Shown here one piece after another: positions 49,531-59,638 of a stretch of 64,000 bases of DNA. How positions within the stretch are numbered: the stretch's first letter is position 1; each line of letters starts with the position of its first letter. The DNA lies in NCBI GenBank assembly GCA_043228905.1, contig JBHGNT010000010.1, positions 744,001 through 808,000 of the forward strand, written 5' to 3'. This stretch comes from Azolla caroliniana. Its lineage: Eukaryota > Plantae > Polypodiophyta. The notes under the pieces were generated by a model. The model was not told the DNA's origin. It was given only the letters and a program-made list of their open reading frames with translations, and ran no database searches. A program made the position numbers and the translations under genes.

Positions 49531-51360
49531 ATCTTCATGTGCACGTTCTTAAGCTATAATATGAAGAGTTCTTGATGTCAATTATCCGATCTAATTTTAT
49601 TATCGACTTCAAAAATAAATATCCATTTTTGGAATAATATAAAATAAAATAAGAAATAAGAAATAAATATCCATTATTGAAAAAAATATTTCTTTTTAAT
49701 AGTCCAAAATGTTAAGCTACATTTTTCCTAGATCATACATCTCAAATAGTCAATTTTTATATTCTTAAGCTATATATCTCGATGTTAATGTTGTCAAGCC
49801 ATCGCAAGAGCATATTCTTCGCATTGTCCTTTTAAATGAAAACTCACAGGTAAAGCATAATGAGGCATTAACCACTTAAAAGAAAAAGAAATTGCTCTCC
49901 GCATACATGGTAGAGCCCATAAACTTTTCCAATAAGTTGCCATATATTGATGTGATATAACACCTGACTCCCAATACTTTTGTGCAACAGCATTTACGCA
50001 ATGACGTTGCATCAAAAAATGTCTCCCATATGCCACATAGTATTGGAAAAAGGGACGAATCCTACCCTCTTGTTCATTTGTCAAGGAACGGCCAAGCAAC
50101 AACCATGCATCATCAGCTAAGTTCCAATTAAGATGTGCCACCGGCTTACTTTGGAATGCCCATATTTGTATTGCATGGTTCGCCAAAAAAGGGCTCAGAT
50201 CTAAGAAAATCTTCTTATTAACCAAGCAATAACCCTAATGGGTTTTTCGGAGGCTAACGACATAACTTCAGCTTCTTCATCCACTAAATATAAAAGACCA
50301 TCATCACCAACCTCATAAAATCTTATTTGACCTTGGTTAGCATATGCCCGGACACCTATTAAAACACCCAAAGGAGAGAAAAGACCATACCAAGGCAATG
50401 ATCGTCGTTGTGTGTGTTGCCAAGTATAGGAGGAAACTTTGAAACATTTGTTTTGGACTTGTAGTGTAGCTTGAAAGTATTGGGGAAGAATATTGAGGAT
50501 GTTTTCTTGTAAATATAAGGGAGCATTTTTTACATGGGGGACTGTTTTTTGGGTGTCTTTGAATGTGCAAGTATCTTTGTATGAGGCGAAGCAATGCGCA
50601 AAAGTATTAAGTGTGTCAAAGAGTAAGAATGAAACAGTTCTTCCTAGCATTCTTGGTGGTAAATATTTTAGAATTTTTTTTGTTTGGAATATTGTTTTAG
50701 TTAATGCTTTATGGGTGTGGTGGAAGTGTCGTTGCAGAAAGAAATATGAAGGCATTGAGTACAATGTGGTGGATATGATTAGGATGTTTTGGTACAACTT
50801 GGTGCACACAGTTAAGCGATAGTATGATAGTATTAAAGGAACACCGGAAAAGATGCATAAGAAAAGGCGAAAAAATCGTAAAATATGGTGGCCAATACCT
50901 CTATGGTTGGATGAGTCACATGAACATCGTTGGAATTGTGCTCCACCACATTGGCTATTCCCTCCTCCTAGTCCTTTCTTATTTCAAAGATAATTGTGAG
51001 GTATATAGTCTCTTGTTTCCTTTTTAACTTACAGGTTGAAAAGAGGTGGATGTGATAGGGGCAGTCCTGTGGAGTGACATGGGCGAGATGGTGGATGCGG
51101 AAAATGAAACATCTTCTGATTTTGGAAAAGGATGAGTGATGATGGTGTTGAGGGTTGTGACATAATTTAATGAGGAGACGAGGAGAGTAGTGTCATTTTG
51201 TTTTTGTAGGTACATGATTTTGGTGGTAAACCAGCAAGAGTGAGATGGTTTATGTGGATTAATGAAGCACAATTCATGTTTTTGATAAGGATGAATGATG
51301 GTGGTGTGGGTGTTGAAGCATAGTCTCTTGAGACGACTAGACTCATTTAGTTGTTTATAT

Positions 51361-54300
51361 TGTGAAATGCACATAAAAGGAAACCAAACCAGCCTCGCTA
51401 GCTTCATACTTATCATTCAATATATAGAAGATACAAAGAACCCATTTTGGGACGGCCTAGCTAGACGTGTCCCAAAATGGTGTGCTAAAAGGGTGGGCTA
51501 AAATGGGTGATGTGCTAAACGGGAGTGGCTAAAAGAGTGGTGTGTTCAAATGCATGCTCTTGCATGAAAGGGACACCACATTTCCCCCCTCAGAAAAACA
51601 AGGAGTGTTACGCTATGAGAGGAGGGGTGCTAGAAGATAGGCTTGTGGTAGCATATGGCTTGATACGGGCAACATTGGCTAAGGTGAATCGACCGTTGGA
51701 ATCGCGTTGGAGTAAGTAAGTCGTGGACTTGATGGCACGAATTACGGTGAATGGGCCGATCCACCGGTGCATGAGGGATTCAATGAGACCACGCCGCCGG
51801 ATCGGGAAGTAAACAAGGACTTTGGTTCCATCAGCATACGTCGGGGTGATTCGACCCACGTCGTAGTGCCGCTTTTGACGTTGTTGTGCGACTTGTAGAT
51901 TTCAGGAGCTGGCTTGTCGAAGGAGGGGGAGCATTTGTTGGAGATAAAGCCCCCAAGTAGCACTATCCATGTTGGTAGGTTTAGAACAGATGTCAATGGA
52001 CGTTTTTGGTGGGAGCCGCGGGTCGCGTTCATAGAGTGCTCGAAAAGGGTTGATCCGTGTCGACGCTTGTACGGATGTATTGTAGGCATGGGTGACAAAA
52101 GGCAAGATTTGATCCCAGGTTTTGTGGCATGGATCGATGTAAGCGGCAATTTCTTGCTTGAGGGTCTTGTTGAGGCGTTCAGTGAGACCATTTGTTTGAG
52201 GATGGTAAGGGGATGTAAACACTTGTTGGACACCTAGTTGAGTTGCCACAACATTGAGGACATCCCCATGGAACTGGCGGCCTTGATCAGATAAGATTTG
52301 GATAGGGCAACCATGTTGAAATATTACCTTTTGCAAGAGTTGGGAGGCAATTGTTGGCGCAGTGACGTCGGGGATGGCAACAGTTTCGGGCCATCGTGTG
52401 AGGTATTCTGTTATGACAAGGATATACCTGTTGCCCCTAGAGGTTTCGGGAAAAGGTCCCATGAAATCCCATCCGACCAGCTTGAAAGGTGACGTGACGG
52501 TGATGGGTTGGAGTGTTCCAACTGGCTTGCCCCCAGGTTTGATGTGTTGACACAAAGCGCATTGTTTGATATAGGTAGAGACTTAGTGTCTCATGTTGGG
52601 CCAGTAATACTTGAGACGTAATTTTTCAAGAACCTTGTGGAAACCCAAGTGGCCCGACAATGGGTGGTCGTGATAAAATTGGAGATACGTTTGTTGTAGG
52701 GCATGAGGGATGTAGAGACGAGGCTCGTGATACGCTTGAATGAAGAATACCAAGTTATCGCGGAGCATGAACCGTCGTTGTGAGGGAAACGGTTGGAGGG
52801 AGCGCAACTGATGGATTATTTGTTGGATGGCGGGGTCGTGTTGTTGAAGCGTAGCGAGTTCTGGCAATGGTATCGGAAGATCGGATGTCTCAGGGAGAAA
52901 TTGGACAGCCTGGCAGTCGGCGCGAGAGAGACTATCAGCGACCAAATTGGTTGCACCTTTTCGATAGGAGAGGGTAAACTGATACTCTTGAAGTGCCAGC
53001 GTCCATCGCAACAAGTGGCCTGGGGGGTGAGGTCGATGGATAAGAGAAAGCAAGGGCTGGTGGTTGGTCTCAACCGTAACCTATCCACCATGAAGGTATG
53101 GATGAAAACGTTGGAAAGACCAAACAATTGCAAGTAGCTCCTTCTCAGTGGTTGAGTACTTGCGTTTAGCCGGCGTGAGAGTCCGACTAATGAAGGCGAC
53201 CGCCTTCTCTTGCCCATGGCAATCGGCTTGCAAGAGGACGGCTCCTAACCCCTGGTTTGATGCGTCTGTCTGCAACGTGAACGGTCGGTCAAAGTTAGGA
53301 TGGGCGAGCAACCCCGATTCCTTGACCATGGTTTTAAGGCGACGAAAGTTATCTTCACAAGCAGGATCCCAACTGAATGACACGCCTTTCTTCAAGAGTT
53401 GGCGAAGGGGAAAAGTGACCGAGGCAAGGTTTGGGATGAAGCGAAGGGAAAAGGTGATCATGCTCAAAAAACGTTGCACGGATTTGACTGAAGTGGGGCG
53501 AGGGTAGTCGTTGATGGTTGCTACCTTTGCAGGGTCCATACGGATTCCGTCACCAAAGATGATGAAGCCGAGAAAACGGAGGTTGGTGCTTCCCCATCGA
53601 CACTTCTTCCATTGGAGCTGCAAGTTATGCTTAGTTATGCAAGCGAGGACTTTGGCGAGAGCTTGTAGATGGTCCTCCCAAGTGGCCGTGTGGATAAGGA
53701 TGTCATCGAGATAAACGAGGAGGACACCTTTGTTGATAAGGGCGACAAAAATGGAGTTGGCCATGCGTTGGAATGTGATGCCAGCATCAGACAGGCCGAA
53801 CAGCATGCAGGTGAATTGGAATAGCCTGCGGCGTGTGCGGAATGCGGTCTTGTGGGCGTTAGAAGGTTTTAGGGGGATTTGTCAATATCCCGAGGCTAAG
53901 TCCAGGGAGGTGAAATAACACGAGCCACCGATTTGATCCAAGAGGTCGTCCACGCGAGGGAGCGGGTAGAGGTCATGGATAGTCACTTTGTTAAGAGGCC
54001 TGAAGTCGATGCAAAAGCGGAAGGTGCCATCATCCTTCTTGACGAGGTGGGGTTCCGAAACCCAATCGCTGGTGGAAGGAACGATAATACCTTTGGTGAG
54101 CATGTCGGTGACGGCCGCATCAATGCAATCGTGGTCGAGAGGGGAACGTCGGCGGGTAGCCATGCGGATCGGAGTGGCCTCCCCAGTACGAATGGCATGT
54201 TGTACCAGGAAAGAGACAGTAGGAGCATGTGTGGGTTGGAGGGTTAGTGATGGAAAACGGGCTAATAATTGGCGGATGGAGACCAATCGCTCTTGTGGAC

Positions 54301-56005
54301 TAAGTGCTACCTGAACTTGGCTAAGGTGGGGGCTAAGGGAGCTATCTTGTAGAAGAGGGATAGGGGAAGCATGTGGGACAAGACGTTTCTGGGCCTCAAA
54401 ATCAATCACAGCGCGGCGCTTGAGGAACCAATCACAACCTAGGGTGAGGGGGAAGAGTTGGTGGGGCAAGACATAAAAGTGATGTGAGAAGGTGATAGTG
54501 CCTAAGGTGAAGGTGCAATGGGCTTGTGTGTGAGAGTGGTAAAGATGTTGGTGATCGCCAAAAAGGACTTGGATGGAAGGAGCAGTGGATGTGGGGAGAC
54601 CTAACCGGTGTACTAAAGCGATGCTCATAGAAGATATACTACTACCAGTGTCTAATAAGATGGTGTGGGTGCAGTGATTAATGGTGGCGAGGGCGGTGCA
54701 TACCCTCGAACTAGAAGAGGCGGACGCTTGGATGTGGAGGGCTAGCTCTTCCATCAGCACCCCAGACGTCAGTTTCCCGGAAGCTCAGCCAACGATGTCG
54801 CGTCAGCCATGGTTATCTGGACTTGTTGTTTGTGAGATTGTTGTTGCAATTTCCAGCACTGACGTCGGACGTGTCCATAATTGTGGCAGTAGAAACACCT
54901 CGGGCGCCCTTGGCTATCGCGATCGGGACGGTTGCGGCGAGCTTGCAATTGCATGTTTTGGACATCAATGTCCATGGGGGCCGCGCCTTGGTATTGGGCG
55001 TGTGAGTCGGTGGTTGATGGATGGGGCCAACAAGGTTGGGTGTCAGATAATGTACAAGCTTCGATTCGTTGGGCGATGAGGATGGCGTCGTTGAATGTCT
55101 GCGGACCTTGGTCCCGAGCGTGGCGAGTGATGTCGTGGCGTAGACGAGGCCATAAGAAGAAAAGCTTCACATGCTCGGGCATGGTAGGGTCAGCGCGAAT
55201 GAGGAGTTGATTGAGGCGAACACCAAATTGGCCCACGGGTTCGTGTGCTTGTTGTTGCAATGTTTCGAGTTGTTGTAACGCCGTTTAGGCTGGATTTTGA
55301 TGGGCGAAGTTTTGTACGAGGAGATCCCGAAGGATCACCCAATTCTCGGTCACGTCGCTTGATTGTTGGACGTACCAGGTGGCGGCGACGTTTTCGAGCA
55401 GGGTACGAACTTCCAAAGCTTTGCGCTCGTCGGACCATTGATGGTAACTAGAAATCATCTCAAAATGATCCAACCAAGCTAAGACATCCTCGGAAGGCAA
55501 TCCGGAGAAGGGCTTCGGGCGCACCTTGGAATCTGGACGATCTTGCGCGCGGTCGTTGTGAGCGGAGAGGAAGGAGAGCATAGCTTGATTCGTATGGCTG
55601 ATTTGAAGCATGGGATTGGAGACGAGTTCCAGGAGCTGCTCCATTTGGAAAGGGGGAGGTTGTGCGTGAGGTTGCGAGAACTCAGGCTCCATCGGGGTAT
55701 CGACGTTGGAGGCGGCGGGAGGGAATTGGGATGCCATGAACAATGTAGTAGTGGCTAAAATTTGAGCCCGCTTCTCCACCAATTATGTGAAATGCACATA
55801 AAAGGAAACCAAACCAGCCTCGCTAGCTTCATACTTATCATTCAATATATAGAAGATACAAAGAACCCATTTTGGGACGGCCTAGCTAGACGTGTCCCAA
55901 AATGGTGTGCTAAAAGGGTGGGCTAAAATGGGTGATGTGCTAAACGGGAGTGGCTAAAAGAGTGGTGTGTTCAAATGCATGCTCTTGCATGAAAGGGACA
56001 CCACA
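51361..56005 (-). mobile_element. Compact Ty3/Gypsy element G (4645 bp) with gag and -1-frame pol, no chromodomain; five premature stops
   Basis: Identical 220-bp LTRs 51361..51580 and 55786..56005; 4-bp TSD ATAT; PBS TGGTGGAGAAGCGGG (tRNA-Ala-like); PPT GAGGGGGGAAA; gag CFYCHNYGHVRRQC; PR LLDTGS; RT YLDD; RH QTDASNQG; INT HDHPLSGHLG, WDFMGP, SDQG, WIGPF. Confidence 0.95.
54772..54778 (-). promoter_or_regulatory. Putative -1 ribosomal frameshift slippery heptamer G_GGA_AAC at the gag/pol junction of G
   Basis: Gag ends CCG GGA AAC TGA; the -1 frame reads GGG AAA CTG ACG TCT GGG GTG CTG ATG straight into pol. Confidence 0.8.
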
Positions 56006-56009
56006 ATAT

Positions 56010-56535
56010 GTACAGGACTTTGGCGGTAATCAGTGAGATGTTTGATGTGGACTTGATGAAGCAGAATGTATGTTTTTGGATAAGGATAAGTGATGAGGGT
56101 GTGGGGGGCGAAGCATATTCTCATGAGGAGATGAGGAAACAAGACTCATTGTATTGTTGTATGTATAGGATTATTGTGGTATTCAGCGAGATGGTTGATA
56201 TGGATTGAATGAAGTAGAATTTATGTTTTGGATAAGGATGAGTGATGATGTTGTGGATGCCAAAGCATATTCTCATGAGGAAATGAGGAATTTAGACACA
56301 TTTAGTTGTTTATATGTATAGGAATTTGGTGGTAATCGACGAGATGGTTGATGAGGACTTAACGAAGCGGGTTTTATGTTTTTGATAAGGATGAATGATG
56401 ATGGTGTGGGGGGCAAAGAATGGGCTCATGAGGAGAGGAGGAAACGTGACTTAAATTGTTGTTGTATGTACAAGAATTTGGTGGTAATCCGGCGAGATGG
56501 TTGATGTGGAAAGAGGAAGCATAGTTGTTGAGTTT
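56010..56535 (+). repeat. ~153-bp tandem array continuing 51040..51360 across the G insertion
   Basis: GAGATG(G/T)TTGAT at ~56035, 56189, 56341 and 56494. Confidence 0.85.
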
Positions 56536-57736
56536 ACAGTCACGAATATGAAATGTGGTTCTCTTAAAAAAGCACATAACGTAGTTGATCAACTTCAAAT
56601 CCGAGATGTACCTTGAAAGCTTGTGTTAGCATTCGTCTTTTTGGATAAAGATTATGTTGAACAAGTGCAAGTTGAAGAAGTATTGAAATGATTCATAACT
56701 ATGACCTGCGAGGGCTTGCTTTCAAATAGAGCTACTTTTGTTGTTGTCTATGGATATGGATACCTTGCAATGTGTCTATGGAATAGCTTGCAATTACTGG
56801 CCTATTTTCTCTACTTTGGAGCACATATATTTGTTTCCTCAGCCATTGTCTTACACAAAATGGGCTTGGGGGAAAAATACTTTGTATGTTGTAGCCGTTA
56901 TGACCTTTGTATATAACTAAAGGAAGGATATTTTGTTTTGGAAAAAGAAAGAGCAAAATCTTCGCGTGCACATTCTTAAGCTACAATATGAAGAGTTCTT
57001 GATGTCAACGTTGTTAACTAATTTATTTAGGAGCAAAGTATTAGTGTGCATGACCTCGAAGCTAAATTATGAAGATTTTTTGTGGTAATAGACCATAACA
57101 TGCATGATTGCAAACTATATCGTGAAGAGTTTCTATAGTGAATAAAACTCGTCATTGACAACAAGTTGAAATCCATTATTACTAGAAGTAAACTATTGAT
57201 ATGCTAAATTATAAAGAATTTTTATAGCAAAATTACTCCTTCGTATCAAGCCATTTATAAGAAAAAAGAGCAAATTGTTAGTTTGCAAGTAAATGCAGTG
57301 TGCAACTCATGGCACACCCTGAATGTTGTATGTAAATAACAAACAAAGAGTTCCATGTCCACATCCAACATTAGGAAGCATCATAGTGGAATTCTCTAGT
57401 ACTAAACCACCCCTATTTTGTACAAGTCAAAATCAGTGTCAACTTTCAAGGGCATAGAGGAACTACATATACAAAGAGAGAGGAAGAGGCACTCTCACAT
57501 CAACGTGATACATATACATAGTGTAGTGTGAAGTTTGAACCATATCAATGTCTAATTCACGAGGAAAAACATGCTTGTGGCCATCCGTGTGGCCCATCTT
57601 GTTCACATATGTATTTGAAAGTTTGGAAAAGGTAACCGTGTCATTTTCTGAAAGTTGAGGAGGGTCAGCAATGTAATTTCCTGAAACCCCTCAGTCTCCT
57701 CTGCCCCTGATTTGCAGAAGAACTGGCAAACTGTTG

Positions 57737-59638
57737 ATGTTAGACCCTAGGGTTTCTGACGTTGGCATTCTCTTGGGTTTACTGAAGGCGTGTGCAAGAG
57801 GGAAAGATGTGAAGGCAGGCAGCATTCTACATGCTGATATTCTCAAAAGAGGCCTATTTGGAAAGAATCCCCATTTAGATTGTGCCTTGATCAACCTCTA
57901 TGCCAAATGTGGTTCTCTTGAAAAAGCACAAGAAGTATTTGAAAATATTCAAGATCCTAATGTACTCTCTTGGAATGCTCTGCTTTCTGCATATTCTCAG
58001 CATGGCCAATGTCTCGACACACTCATTCACTTTGATCGGATGCAATGCAAAAGCATTTCTCCCAATGCGATCTCTTTTGTTTGTATCTTGAAAGCTTGTG
58101 GTAGCATAGGATCAATTAAGAACGGAAAATCAGTACATGCTCGGATCATTAAAGACAATCATCTGGGTTGTAATGTATTTGTAGGAACTAGTATGCTTGA
58201 TATGTATGCCAAATGCGGTGAGCTTGCAATGGCTCAAAAAGAGTTTGATCTCCTTCAATATCACGATTCAGTTTCATGGAATGCGGTAATTAATGGATAT
58301 TCTTTGTATGGACATGGCAAAGAAGCTTCTGCTTGTTTTGAACGGATGCAATGTGAGGCCCAGTTTCCGAATTCGGTAACTATTTTGTGTATGTTGAGAG
58401 CTTGTATTGCTGTTGGAGCACTTGATAGAGGCAAAATCATACATTCTAGGATTGTCGGGCATGAGTTGCCACCACGTGTCGGTTCTGCATTAGTGGATAT
58501 GTATGTGAAATGTGGCACCCTTGAAAAAGCAGAGGAAGTGTTTAGAGAGATTAAAGTTCGGAATGTGGTTTGCTGGACTGCACTTCTTGCTGGATACACC
58601 CAACATGGGCAGGGTGAGGAGGCACTCAATTGTTTCGAACAAATGCAAAGGGAAGGTATTCCTCCAAGTGCAGTTACTTATGTATGTATCTTAAAAGCTT
58701 GTGGTAGCATCAGAGCTCTTGAGAAGGGCAAAGTAGTACATTCAGACATAATCAGAGGAGGACTGCTAGGAAAGAATGTATTGGTTGGCAATGCATTGGT
58801 GGATATGTATGCCAAATGTGGCTCACTCAAGAAAGCACACGAAGTATTTAATGAGCTACACGTTCGAGATGTTATCTCTTGGAATGCAATAATCACAGGA
58901 TTCACTCGGCTTGGATATTGGGAAGAAGTGATGAATTATTTCGAGCAAATGCAACATGAAGGCCTACATCCAGATCATTGCACCTTTTTTGCAATCTTAC
59001 ATGCCTGTGGAAGCATCGGAGCAATTGAAAGAGGAAAAGAAGCACACAATATGATTGTTCGTGGGGGCCTATTGGAGAAAGATATTTCAGTTGGCAATGC
59101 ATTGGTGGATATGTATGCTAAATGTGGTGCACTTACAAAAGCTCAGGAGGTATTCAATAAGCTTCCAGTTCCGAATGTAGTTTCATGGACTGGGCTCATT
59201 TCAGGATATGCTCAGGTTGGGAAAGATGTGACTGTTGTCAAACTATTTAATAAAATGATACAAGAGGAGATTCGACCCAATGTAGTCACATTCACCGTTA
59301 TGCTTAATGCATGTAGGCATTCTGGTTTATTGCATAACGGTGACATGTACTTTGATGCTATGTACACACAATATGGATTTATTCCTACAATGGAGCATAA
59401 CACTTGCATGGTCGATTTGTTTGGTCGTGCGGGTCAATTTGATAAGGCAGTTGCATTGATCAAGAGGATCCCAAACTCTGATTGTCTACCCATTTGGACT
59501 ACCCTATTGGGTGCTTGTCAAACATGGAGAAACTTGACACTCGGAAGGCAAGCATTTGAACATGCAGTGAGATTGAATGAGATGGATGATGCTATGTATA
59601 TATGTATGAGTAATATTTATGTAGCTGGTTCTATGTAG
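57737..59638 (+). CDS. PLS-class pentatricopeptide repeat protein ending in a truncated E domain, no DYW
   Basis: Repeated P-L-S triplets (ALVDMYAKCG..A..VF; VVSW.ALI.GY; PN.VTF..ILKAC), P2-L2-S2 (EHNTCMVDLFGRAG) and E (IWTTLLGAC...YICMSNIY) followed by a stop. A short in-frame upstream exon 57609..57631 is possible. Confidence 0.92.
   Translation: MLDPRVSDVGILLGLLKACARGKDVKAGSILHADILKRGLFGKNPHLDCALINLYAKCGSLEKAQEVFENIQDPNVLSWNALLSAYSQHGQCLDTLIHFDRMQCKSISPNAISFVCILKACGSIGSIKNGKSVHARIIKDNHLGCNVFVGTSMLDMYAKCGELAMAQKEFDLLQYHDSVSWNAVINGYSLYGHGKEASACFERMQCEAQFPNSVTILCMLRACIAVGALDRGKIIHSRIVGHELPPRVGSALVDMYVKCGTLEKAEEVFREIKVRNVVCWTALLAGYTQHGQGEEALNCFEQMQREGIPPSAVTYVCILKACGSIRALEKGKVVHSDIIRGGLLGKNVLVGNALVDMYAKCGSLKKAHEVFNELHVRDVISWNAIITGFTRLGYWEEVMNYFEQMQHEGLHPDHCTFFAILHACGSIGAIERGKEAHNMIVRGGLLEKDISVGNALVDMYAKCGALTKAQEVFNKLPVPNVVSWTGLISGYAQVGKDVTVVKLFNKMIQEEIRPNVVTFTVMLNACRHSGLLHNGDMYFDAMYTQYGFIPTMEHNTCMVDLFGRAGQFDKAVALIKRIPNSDCLPIWTTLLGACQTWRNLTLGRQAFEHAVRLNEMDDAMYICMSNIYVAGSM

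Larger units (their letters stand above)
49823..56948 (+). mobile_element. L1-like LINE with 5' inversion, tandem-repeat 3' UTR, PPR fragments and nested Gypsy G
   Basis: Inverted ORF2 segment 49823..~50395; sense zf-RVT (CVCC..ETLKHLFWTC, WVWWKCRC, WLFPPP) ~50395..50975; repeats; PPR pieces 56551..56750; tail at 56913..56950; TSD AAGAGCATATTCTTCGC 49806..49822 / AAGAGCAAAATCTTCGC 56949..56965. Confidence 0.78.
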
